Assembly (NCBI GenBank): GCA_043228905.1
Contig: JBHGNT010000018.1
Coordinates: forward strand, 8,370,001-8,434,000
Origin: Azolla caroliniana
Lineage: Eukaryota > Plantae > Polypodiophyta
Reading direction: 5' to 3'
DNA: 64,000 nt
The translations under genes and the position numbers were made by a program. The notes beneath the pieces were generated by a model that worked only from the letters and a program-made list of their open reading frames with translations, made no database searches and was not told the DNA's origin. Each line of letters starts with the position of its first letter. The first letter of the stretch is position 1. Shown here piece after piece: positions 14,646 to 27,487 of this stretch.

Positions 14646-15124
14646 TGTTAGAGTGATGATCTATTGTAAGCATATGATAATGATATAATATATATGAAAT
14701 AAGAAAGGAGAGAGAGAAAAAAGGGTGCCGATCCACCCAACCACCCACGAGCGAAGGGATCGAGAAGGACTCGAGGCTCGATCAACGTCCCATACCACCG
14801 TTGTGACGTCGAGTCGTACCTGGTGCAAGCACACTCGCTACAAGAGTTGACCCACCACGAAACAAAGTCTCGACATAGTCAAGAGATGATGAAATGAGGG
14901 TAGTTAGGCCTCATATTTATAGCGAGACCCAAGGCCCCCAGGCAAGTTCACACTTGGCCTAATGGGTTGTCTCAATCCCGAGGATTAAAAGTAATCCTCC
15001 CCTTCTCTACAATCTCGTTTAACCCTCACACTTATCCACGTGTATAGAATACTACGGTAAATTCTCACCACGAGATATTATATGGTCATGCCCGTAACAT
15101 ACTCCCCCTATTTAAAACATTGCA

Positions 15125-18100
15125 CTCTTGCAATGGAAAGTTAGGGAATTTAGTTCTAAGAGTATTTTCGCGTTCCCATGTGGCATCTTTGATAGATTTA
15201 TCCATCCATTTAATTTAAAATTCTCGGATTATTTTAGTACGTAGATTTTTTGTTTTAACATCGAGAATTATGTCTGGTACATGTGGTTTAGAAGATAATT
15301 CTTCAGAAGTAACTAGAGTTTCAGTTGTAACTATATTGTCGCCAGAACCTAGAAGTTCTTTTTGATGACTTACATGAAAAACTGGATGAATTTCAACACC
15401 ATCGGGAAGAGCGAGACGATAGGCTGATGAACCAATGCGTTTGAGGACTTGAAAAGGTCCACAAAACCTCGGGGCTAACATAGCGCATATCCTACATATC
15501 CCTAATAAAGTTTTGAGTACTTCGCAACTCATCATGATGTATATTAACATCAATCAGGGCACGTGGCTGAAAACCATACATCAACATAAAAGGATTATAT
15601 CCCGTCGACGTATGCTTGGAGTTGTTATAAGAAAACTCCAAAATTGGGAGATAACGTTCCCATTTTGTTGGTTTTGTAGCAACATATGCTGAAAGCATGT
15701 CCTCAATAATTTGATTTACTCGTTCTGTCTGTCCATCAGATTGAGGATGATCCGTAAAGCTCACGCTCAACGTAGTTTCCAACTTCTTAAAGACTTGCAT
15801 CCAGAAGTCACGAGTAAACTTTGGATCTCAATCACTCACGATATCCATCGGTAACCCATAAAAAGGAAATGACTCGTCAACGAATTGGTAAGCCAATTCA
15901 GAAGTTGTTACCGTGGTTTTAGTAGCAATAAATCTGGTCATTTTAATTAGTCTATCAACCACAAACCAGATGGCATCATGACCTTTTTGGGTGCAAGGCT
16001 AACAATAAAATCCATGAATATACTTTCCCACTTATTATTGGGAATGTCTAAGGGATGTAAAAGTCGTGTGGCTTTAAGTCGCTCAGATTTGTTAACCTGA
16101 CATTGGTGACATTTAGTCACATAGCTATGTATGCCAGGACACATCTCCAATAGAATTCAATGGAGATGAGAACGAGTGTACGATGTATTCCAGGGTGCCC
16201 TGCTAAGGGTGCATCATGGCATTAAAAAAGAATTATCTTTTTCACCTCAGGAAAATTTGGAACACAAACCTTCCCATTACGGCATAGTAGACCATTAGCA
16301 ATGTGGAAGGATTCCTTCAAGGATATGGTGGTGTCAGTTCCAGCCTCAACTCTTGCCCAGTATTTCGCAAAATAATTGTCATTAGGATACTTTCCTTGAA
16401 GGTGATCATAAAGATCTGATGTTATTTCAGTGAAGCTAAGCATGTTAACTTCACGGATGCGACTTAGTGCATCAACGACAGTGTTCGTGGAACCTTTACG
16501 ATATCATATGGAAAAATCAAAGTCCTAGATGAGATCAACCCATCGTGCCTTACGACCTTTCAGGTCTTGTTGGTCACAGAAATATTTCACGGACTTGTGG
16601 TCCGTAGTTACCACAAAACTATTTCCATAAAGATAATGGCGCCATGTTTTGAGCGCATGTATAACTACAAATAATTCCTTTTCTTGAACGGTATACCGAC
16701 ATTGAGCCAAATCAAGTTTCTTAATCTCGAATGCTATTGGTTTACCATCTTGATATAAGACAACACCTATAGCATAATCGCTTGCATTGGTTTCAACCTC
16801 AAAAGGTTTTGAAGGATCGAATAAAAGAAACAAAGGAGCCTTGCACACCAGGTCCTTGAGTTCCTTAAAGGCGAGGTCTAGTGTAGCATTCCACACAATA
16901 GGTTTTGTAGACTTACGCATTTGACCTTTTAGAAGATCAGTAAACGACGTTCGAAGGGTTTTTTGCAAAAACCCGACAAAACCAAGGAAAGATCGAACTT
17001 CTCGAATATTCCGAAGAGTGGACCAAAGTTTGATTTTCTCGATGCGAGAAGGATCAATTTCAAGTCCTCGTTCGGTTATGAGATGCCCAAGATAAGTAAT
17101 TAATTTCTTGAAGAACTCGCATTTTGAGATCTTTGCGTAGAATTGCTTGTCACGCAATGTTCGTAAAACAAAGCGGACATGTTTAGCATGTTCTTCTAAA
17201 GTACGACTATAAACTAGAATATCATCCAAGAAAATAACGAGAAATTTTTGAAGTTATTCTCGGAAAATGTCATTCATTTCTTATTGAAATGTGGCCGGAT
17301 TGATTTTCTCGATGCGAGAAGGATCAATTTCAAGTCCTCGTTCGGTTATGAGATGCCCAAGATAAGTAATTAATTTCTTGAAGAACTCGCATTTTGAGAT
17401 CTTTGCGTAGAATTGCTTGTCACGCAATGTTCGTAAAACAAAGCGGACATGTTTAGCATGTTCTTCTAAAGTACGACTATAAACTAGAATATCATCCAAG
17501 AAAATAACGAGAAATTTTTGAAGTTATTCTCGGAAAATGTCATTCATTTCTTATTGAAATGTGGCCGGAGCATTGGTCAAACCAAAAGGCATAACCAAAA
17601 ACTCATAATGGCCATAACGCGTACAAAATGTTGTTTTAGGAACATCTTCCTCACTTATACAAATTTGATGGTAGCCCGTATGGAGATCAAGTTTCGTAAA
17701 ATACTGAGCTCCCTAGACACGATCAATTAAATCGTCAGCTCGGGGCAATGGATATGAATTCTTGATCGTCATTTTATTCAGTCGTCGGTAATTAATACAC
17801 ATACACCATGTGCCCTCTTTCTTTTTTACCAAGAGAACATGTGCACCCCATGGAGATTTACTATAACGTATATAACCCATTCATAAATAGTCCTTGAGTT
17901 GCTTAGATACGTCATCCTCTTCGTATCACCTTAAGCAATAAGGAGGTATACTTATTGGTGCAACGCCGGGTACAATATCTATACGATGGTCTATATTACG
18001 TTTAGGAGGTAACCCATGTGGTAGTTCACTCGGAAAAACATCACAAAAATCATTCAAGATTTCATCGAGTTGTTGTTCAAAATATGATAATTGAACCGAG

Positions 18101-19481
18101 ACATTAGCAATATTGTAAACGTGAATGTCTGGATCAAGTACACAATAAAATAAAGTAGAACAAGACAACTCAGATATTGATGGAGAGAAAACAATCGAAA
18201 GAAATTGTTTTTTAACACATTGAATAAAATGAGTACAATCGTTGAGTACAAAAGTAATTGAATGATGAACCCTACCAATTGATAAAGAAGAGTTTTTATT
18301 AAAAAACCAGGGATAACCCAGTATTACATCAGTGGTACAAAGATTCAATACATGGAAGTCTACTTTGTCTATATAAGTATCAATAGAAATTCCTAATGAA
18401 TGAATCGCCCCATTGATGTATTGTACTCTTCCATGAGCCAAGTGCACCTTATATGTGTGATCACTTACGGTGGGTTGGATTCCACATAACTAAACCAAAC
18501 GATCATTCACAAAGTTGTGTGAGGTTCCCGAATCAAAAAAAAATTGTACGGGAGATCCATTGATATACCCGTTTGCACCCTAGTAAATCGTTGGGTCCCA
18601 ATACATAGTGAGGGAAAGAACATTGACAATTACTTAAATGATGTGTATATACCTAAAGGACATTAGGAATCTGACCTTTATAATCTGCAACTTTTGTTTT
18701 GTTGTCATGCTCTTTCCGTTGGAGCTTTCGACATTGCTCTTTTGTATGACCCTTCTTTTTGCAAAATACGCAAAAAGGATTTTGTCGCTTACAGTCGCGA
18801 TCCATGAATTCGTTGGGTGTCTTGCGTTTCTAGGAGAATTGTGACAGCTTAGTCTTGGGCACTTCGTTGGGTTGTTATGGTCCTTCTTCGAAGTGCATTG
18901 ATAGCGATGAATTATTTCAACCGCCTCTTCGAAGGATTTTGGATCCTTATCGTGCACTATCCAGTGATAGTAGGAATTGGGGATGCCATTGACAAAATAA
19001 GCTATCAACCAATTGTCCCCTTCAAGACCCGATTTTTGGATTTGGGTTCTAACATGGTGAACATAGTCTTCTAGCGAGGAAATCTTCCTACTAGAGAGGT
19101 TCATTAAAGCTTGTGCTGCCTCGGTTGGAGAGGGAGGTTGTAGAAATTGGCCATTGAAAATTGTGACAAAATCTGTCCAGGTATCGGGCATTTTCCCCAA
19201 AGTTCAGAGCCCACACCACCAGGCGACGGTCTTACCCCCTAATTCTCGACCGACATATGCAATCTTCGTACTATCTAGCGTGGAATAGAGCTCAAAATGA
19301 GACTCCCATCAGACCCAACCACGTGCAGATTGCTTCTTCGGTTCTTTTTGTTTTTTTCTCCCGTAAATGGCTTTATGAGAAATGATGGTTCACCCTGTCG
19401 CTCATCGGGTCTATTAGTGTCACATTGTAAACTAATGACATGTGCCTCAAGAGCACTATAAGATTGCCGAAGTTCGAACAT
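15125..19481 (-). pseudogene. gag-pol of Gypsy F
   Basis: DSGTSHNF protease, LDDILVYS RT, HPQSDGQTERVN integrase; many stops and frameshifts. Confidence 0.92.
17030..17570. repeat. ~270-bp tandem duplication inside RT
   Basis: ORFs 16525-17229 and 17281-17499 start with an identical peptide. Confidence 0.95.
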
Positions 19482-22387
19482 CTAATGCACAGTTGAATTA
19501 AGGAAATTTTGTATTTGTATCAAATACAACTCAATTAGGATTGGCCCTAGAGTATTTCCTTGAATTCCTGCCGCTTGAGCGGATCACATTGGGTTGTTCT
19601 TATGAGTCATTCAATGATAATTTTTGGCAAAGAAATAGGATAAGGTCAGACAAATAATCATAACATCATGTCGTGATGTAAACATATCATGGGCAAACAT
19701 TAATCAATATCATGATCTTACGTCAATACCCCTCTAGACATATGACATGAGGTTCAAGATCAGGTTACTATGGTAACACAAAGGTGTTTTAAAAACCATG
19801 GGGGTGTCAAATGAATGTCTTTCCCTAATCTCTATATCGATTTTTTCATGGCGGCTCCCCGAGGTTCAACCATGTATGTTCGCGTCATGAATAGTTTATA
19901 CACGCAAAAAAATGTTAACAATAAACTATATTTCTGTGCCCACGTATGTGGTTTCGACTCTTTAAATCCTATTACGAGGACCTCAAAGTGCACTTAGACC
20001 TAAAGTCTAAACATGTATTATAGTCATATGTATCAACAATGTTGCATGGTCTTGGTCATATTTGAACTCGAGACCTCGAGTTGAGAACAAATGCATTACA
20101 GTTGAGCTAAACAAATAGGTTTCTCGTATTCAATGTTTAATGTTTTATATGTATAAGAGATATGCAAGGCATTTGCCCATATATGTTTTTGTAAAAGAAA
20201 CATATATGTCAAGAGTCTTTATTTCCCTCTCGTTTACCACAAACTATGTTGGCATGTTACCTAACCTCAAGTCTTATAATTATGATGGCATACGCCAAAG
20301 TGCAACCTAATGGTCAAGCCAAATGAGCCCTCTTTTCGTAGTAGGCCCATGTAGCCCATCACATGGGTACATCATTACGAATGCCTTTCTAAAGAATGAT
20401 CTCATGGTGGCATCCATGTAATGAGGGAGGGATGTTGGATATGTGTGTCATAGGAGCGACCTCACATTAGGTGAGTCAAGCCCTACGTTCTCAACATCAT
20501 TATGGCTATGATCGTTTCATTATGTAACGAAATCGAAGTGACCAACGGGGATGTCAACAAAAAATTTGTTGAAAAAAAGGATGGTGACTATGCCACACTC
20601 ACAAAAATGTGAGGATATCCACCAAGATCCTTTCCCTAAAAAGGACAACATTTGATATAGAAATCACGTAATAACTAATGTACATATGTATATTTATCAC
20701 ATATATACAATGAAATAAGTATACACATGACCACATATGCATATATTTAAAAAAATCGTAACATCAAATAGCCAATAACGATGTAATCGAGATAAGTAAT
20801 CGAGACATGTAGACTCTACACACACGAAACATCCCAAAATAAGGGTTAATTGTAATACGCAATTGAGGTATTGACCTCTTACGCATACAACACCAAATGC
20901 ATATCATTTACATAGAAATCGAGGTATTGACATCATACGCATACGTAACATACGTATGTGAGCGTAATACGCAATTGAGGTATTAACCTCGTACACATAC
21001 GACACGAATCAGATATCAAATATATGTCAAATGAGGTATTGATCTCATACACATATGAATACGTTATATACAACCAATCCATTACCACTACAACATCATT
21101 GAATCAATAAAGAAAAAACATATTGACTATACATGATTAGATTGGGAGAAGAAAGAATAGAAAAAAAGTAACAAAGAGTTACCGAAGTTCCTTTGTTGAT
21201 CGCTAACTGGATCAAGGTCAGCCGCACATTGATCGACCGCCATCCATCAAGGAGACAACAAAAACCAACAAAAGAAACATTGAAAACATAAGCTCTGATA
21301 CCAACTGTTAGAGTGATGATCTAATGTAAGCATATGATATGGATATAATATATATGAAAAAAGAAGGAGAAAGAGAGAGAGAGAAAGAAGGGTGTCGATC
21401 CACCCGACCACCTCGAGCGAAGGGATCGAGACGGACTCAAGCCTCGATCAGCGTCCCATACCACCATCATGGCATCAAGTCGTACCTGGTGCTGGCGCGC
21501 TCACTACAAGAGTTGACCCACCACGAAACAGAGTCTCGACGTAGTCAAGAGATGATGAAATTAGGGTAGGTAGGCCTCATATTTATATCGAGACCCAAGC
21601 CCCCAGGCAAGTTCACACTTGGCCTAATGGGTTGTCTCAATCCCGAGGATTAAAAGTAATCCTCCCCTTCTTTACATTCTCATTTAACCCTCACACTTAT
21701 CCACGTGTATAGAATACTATAATAAATTCTCACCACGGGTTATTATATAGTCATGCCCGTAACATCTACCGTAGTAGAAAGGTTTGTGTTCCAGATTTAC
21801 CAAACGTAAAACAGAAAATTCTTCATGAATGTCATGATGCACTATCTGTTGGTCATTCCGGAATACAACGCACACTCGTTCTCATCTCGAGTACTTTTTT
21901 CTAACCTAAGATGCGCTCTTACATGCATAAATACGTGACTCAATGCTTTCAATGTCAGGTTAATAAGTCGGAACGACTTAAAGTTGCTAGTCTTTTACAT
22001 CCCTTAGATATTCCCAACAACAAATGTCAAAGTATCTCAATGGATTTTATTGCTAGTTTACCTCGTACACGGAGGGGTCATGATGCCATCTAGGTTGTTA
22101 TTGACCGACTATCAAAATTGACTAGATTTATTCCTAATATCCGATGTTATGGGACGTCGGTGGTCGGTTGGCTATGTCTAGATCATACCTCGGGGGTGGT
22201 TGGGTGGAATGGGTTCTTCAATCCAATCTATTTTCCTTCTTTTTACTTTCTTTTGGTCTATTTATTAGTAATAGACTCTTAACAATTGTTAGATTATAGA
22301 ATAGGTCTAATCGGCATGTGTGACGTTCCGGATTGGCTTCTAGAGCTGCTCTATCATCCAAATCCGGTATCGCTGGTCGCTCAACAA

Positions 22388-25030
22388 AGGGGGGAATGGT
22401 CTAAATTCGATCGGAATGCAAGCTCTTCCGAATCAAATCACTCCCCATCCATCAATAAAATAAATATTCTTGAATCCCTATCGGGAGAAATCCTCTCACT
22501 TGAAGACTTGTCGACCGGACAGGTTCTATACAGTGCACAAGATGCACAAACATCGTTGCTTGACTCGGGCGCTACGTTTCACGTGAACCCCCACCACAAA
22601 TGGTTTTCAAACTATTCAGCCGAGCCGGCAGCTCAGTCCAACTAGGCAATTGGCAGGAGTGCAAAATCGCTGGAATCGACGAAATCACCATTCGGCTACC
22701 GAATGGATGTACAATCACCCTGCTTAATGTTCAGCATGTACACCTGATCTCACAAGGAATCTAGTCTCCATCGGCATGTTAGCCGAAGATGGGTACAGGA
22801 CGACATTGAGTGAGATGTCATGGCACATTACAAGAGGAAATTCGAAAATAGGTCATGGCACATAGTACAACAATTTGTACTCCTTCACCGTGATCAGTCC
22901 AAAAGGATCACTGAAAGTAGTCGAATTGCCGACAACTTCATTATGGCATGGCCAACTCGGCCATATGTCTCAAGCAGGGCTTGAAACACTCTAAGCAATT
23001 GGCTAAATCCCCAAGCTCAACCACATCGAGAAGGACTTCTATGAGCATTGTTGTTAGGGAAAACACACCTGAAGTCCACACTCTCTCCAATACGAGACGA
23101 TACGCCAACCCCTAAAACTAGTCCACACCGAGATGTGTGAGCCGATGCCCGAAAGGTCACTAGGAGTCTCCTGGTACTTCATCACGTTCGTCGATGATTG
23201 TACACAAAAGCTTTGGGCGTACTCAATTATGTCCAAAGATGAAGTGCTCGAGGTCCTCTCTTGGTGGCTAACCGAAATGGAGAACCGATCGTGACATCGA
23301 TTGAAGACACTTCGGTCCGACAATGGAGGCGAATACACCTCTGGAGCCTTCAAATAGTACCTGTCCGACAAAGGGATCTAGCACCAAAAAACCATTCCAT
23401 ATACTCCCATGAAAAACGCCGTGGTGGAACGGATGAACCAAACAATCCAAGAGAGAGTGACATCAATGGTCTAGCAATCTGGACTAAAGCTGAAATTCTG
23501 AGCTGAAGAATTGCAAATGAGTCTATTTGATAAATCTGTCGCCGTCAAAAGCAATCTGACTCCAAGTGCCAAAGGCACTATGGTCAAGCAAACAACCAAC
23601 CTAAGATAGGCTACATACTTTCGGATGCAAAGCCTATGCCTTCATACCAAGGGAGAAAAGGACCAAGATGGCACTCCATTTGACAAAGTCTATATTTCTC
23701 GGTTATGGAACCGATGGGGAATTCAGATATCGGCTATGGGATCCAGAGAACCGGAAACTAACCCGAAGCAATGATGTGGTCTTCAATGAAAAGTCAAACC
23801 TCTCTAGCCGATACAAGCCGATAATCGGCAAAAAGGTCCACTTCAATCTTTATGAGAAAGAATCGGAAGTAGACACGATGATCACTACCAAAACCGACAT
23901 TGCTAGCAACCCTCCTACCGAATCCGAATCGGCAAAAGGTCTGACAGTCGCCTCTGAATCGGCTAGAAAATTGATCAGAGCCGAAACAAATGACCAATCC
24001 AAACCGGTCACAACATCCGAAGACTGGTCAATCACACCCGAGGAAAAGGTGGATCCAACAACAACGCATGACAATTGCCAATGCGGATCATCTCCACAGA
24101 CTCCTTACAAAAATGGTTCAAAGAATGTTGATCGGTCACACACACCGATTGAGGAATCCGAACCGATAATATCGGCATCAAGGAGATCTAGACGAGTCCA
24201 AAGGCCAACAGAGTTCTATCAACCGAGTATGGACCAGATCAACTACACAAATTTAGGCGAACCAAGCTCCTACAAGGAAGCAATCATCGCATTGGATGCG
24301 ACACATGGCTACAACCCATGAGATTCAAGACAGACTCCATCAAAGAGATGAACACATGGGAGTTGGTCACGCTACCAACCGGAAGGAAGCCATTGCTTTG
24401 CAAATGGGTCTTCAAGTACAAATATGTATCCGGTTCAAATAGACCCAAGTACAAAGCTCGCCTCATCGCGAAGGGGTTCAAACAAGAACACGGTGTTGAC
24501 TACGATGAGATATTTTTTCGAATGGTCAAAATGAGGACCCTCCAACTCGAACTTGAATTCGTAGCGATGGAAGACCTAGAGCTTAAGCAGGTGGACGTGA
24601 AGACGACATTCCTACATGGAGATCTGGAAGAGGATATTTACATATCCCAACCGCCAGGATACCTATACCCAGCAACTTGGATATAGCCGATCAGACTCCG
24701 ACCCATGCATGTACATCCAGCAATTGGCCGACGAGACCCGGATTTATCTCATCCTTTATGTCGACGAAGGAACTCGAACAAGCCCACATATACTGGGCAT
24801 GAGGATAGAGCGAAATCGGACCGAAAAGATCCTTCGTCCTCCCAATCCAACTACATCCGAAAGGTGTTGAGGCGCTTCAATATGGAGAATGCGAAGTCGG
24901 CACCAACCCCGCTTTCATCATCGTTCCGACTAACGAACAAAGACTCTCCATTCACAGAGCAGGAGAAATTGCTCATGAGTTGAATACCCTACATATAAGT
25001 CGTAGGAGGTCTTAGGTATGTGACGGTGCT
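22388..25030 (+). mobile_element. Degenerate Copia D internal region (PR-INT-RT)
   Basis: LLDSGATFH, IFLGYG..YRLWDPE, KARLIAKGF, VDVKTTFLHG, LYVD; resembles the polyprotein at 34441-38457. Confidence 0.9.
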
Positions 25031-25039
25031 CAACATATC

Positions 25040-27487
25040 ATATCTAGTAAATCAATGTAGGAGAACTATCATCTCTGATTCAGCTTCAATCTTGCCCTTA
25101 TTATTCAACAAAAGTAATCTTGTATTAGATGTTAAATGCATGAGTTCTACCATGTCAACTGATCTGATCTTAAATCACCATCAATAAGGAAGAATGCTAC
25201 AACAAGATCACGACAGTGTTTTCCATTAGAGCATATGATTATTGAACTAACCGTCTCCCAAACCACTCCATTTTGGACTAAATTAATAGGCATACATGGC
25301 AACGCTTCCTCAACATATCAACCTCTTGTATACAATGCAAAGTTAACCTTTTCTTTTTCATAATCTTGTACCTCACTCTTAATATTTGCCCATATCACTA
25401 CCCCCCATTTATATACTCTAGAGACATAAACCTCATGCAAGAGACATAAAAGTCTTTTCCAAACAAATTTGGCAGCCATACATGACCAAAATAGGTGATG
25501 AAGTGACTCCACTTCTAACCCACAAAAATCACACATCTTATCCATTTCTTTACAATACATCCAAACCCTAATAGGAACCGCATAATGAACAATCAACCAT
25601 CTAAATAGAATAATCTTCTTTGGAATTTGCATCTAGCCCATAGCCATTTCCAAAATGTTGTCATATGAGTAGGATCCACATTATAAGTAAACCATGTTGT
25701 ACTTTTTGTCGACCAATGGAGTACCCTACGTCTTATCATCTCCCTTCCTAATCGAACATAATACTGAAAAAATGAAATCGGCCTAACATCCTCCCCAGAA
25801 TATGATGTACGTAGCCATTTCCATTCTCCTGGGTTCCATTCCAATTGACATAATGGTTTTCTCCCCACTACCCATAGATCCAACCATGGATGAATATCAT
25901 TAGGATTAGGGTCAAGGACCCAAAGCTTATCTACCTTAGCTAGAATTCTAATCGGTTTTAATATAGCCTTAGCCAAACATTCATCTTCCTGGGTAATCAT
26001 CCCTAATCGCCCATCCTGTAGAACATCATAACTTAAGAAAGTACCATCATCTCTAAGGCCACAGACTCCAAGTAAAACCTGAAAATTTGAAAATTATCCC
26101 ACCCACTTATGACAATTAGAAAGCATATTATCCTGCAAGGGTAACTGCAACTTCCCAACATAGATCCTTCAACATCAAGAAATAAAGGATTCCAAACCAA
26201 GGGCTGATGTAACCATTCACTCCATCGAAGTGGGTCAGACTTGTTGCAAATTATCCTTTATGGACCACCAAGCTCGCTTTATCTCAATGAAGAATCTATC
26301 ATTTTGAAACACTATCTTATGCAAATGGAAGTTAGGAATAAACCACCATCGGAGAGATCTTATCCATTCACCTCCAGTTTTCAAGAAGACTTGTTTCATT
26401 CTCAACTGAAGAAGCATCTTCCACGGCTCATTTCCTAGCGTTAATCCTCGTACTATAAATTTTGCCAATAATTTCTTATGTTGCATCAAAGGATCTACCA
26501 AACCTAAACCCCCTTGAGAAGTTGGCGTCATAATAGTTTTCCAAGCTACCTTTGGTCTAACATTCTTAAAATCAATAGATCCCCATAAAAAATTCCTAAT
26601 CAATCTCTATAACTTTGACAATAACGATCTAGAGAATAACCAAGAGGATAGAATATACCAGATTGAGGAGAGTAATACTTGATTAGAAATAACTAGCCTC
26701 CCCATAAGTGACAAATTCTTATAACTCCAAAAGATCAATTTCTTCCTCAAAGAAAGCAATAATGGTTTTATATGAGCTTCTGGAGGAAGATTAATTCTCA
26801 CTTGGCACCCTAAATATCTCACAGGAGAGCCCTTTGGTATCCAACGGAATCCACTATCTAGACACCAAGTAGGAGTAAGACCTTCCCCAACCCAAAATCC
26901 CACTGATTTATGCCAATTAATAATAGCACTTGAAGCATCACAGAAATCATGGATCACATTTTGTACATTACAGAGATTTTTGTCATCTCCTACCACATAT
27001 AATGATGTGTCATCTGCAAATTCACAATCTAACACAGCCTCCTCCACACTTGGCCACTATATTCCTTTGATAGATAACCCCTTCTTATGCAAGAATGCAC
27101 TAAAGGCTTCTACCACAAATAGAAATAAATATGGAGCCAAAGGACATCCTTGTCTAACCGATCTAGTAATCTGAAAAGTATTACCTAGTGCTCCTCCAAC
27201 AAGAACTCGACTAGATGTTGAATTATATAATGCAAAAATAGCCTTAACATAGTCACTTGAAAGACCTAGACGACCCATAACTTCATATAAGAAATTCCAA
27301 TTGACTCAGTCATATGCTTTCTCAAAATCCAAAAGCAATATTGTCAATTCTTGTTTTGTTTCTTACGTTATTGCTATCATCTCTCAAAACATGAAAATAT
27401 TATCAAATATGCTTCTTTCCTATAATAAGCCTATCTGCGTTTTATGCACAATATGTGGAAGAAAAGGCTGCAAACGTGTCACTAGAA
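25040..27487 (-). mobile_element. L1-clade LINE ORF2 fragment (RT to zf-RVT), degenerate
   Basis: RQGCPLAPYLF, EFADD, VRYLG, GGLGL, CDFCG..ESLHHLFWSC. Confidence 0.9.

Larger units (their letters stand above)
14646..21764 (-). mobile_element. Ty3/Gypsy chromovirus F (full length, degenerate)
   Basis: LTRs 14646-15099 and 21306-21764; TSD TCTAT/TCTAC; Met-PBS 21292-21303; PPT at ~15100-15110; gag-PR-RT-RH-INT-chromodomain (KWMDKSIKDATWE). Confidence 0.95.
7539..22284 (+). mobile_element. Ty3/Gypsy E (internally deleted; hosts two nested insertions)
   Basis: TGTTA...TAACA, TSD ATTGT (7534-7538/22285-22289); 5' LTR 7539-7887+13207-13325 with degenerate Met-PBS; partial 3' LTR ~22134-22284; RT/RH/INT remnants. 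Confidence 0.85.
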
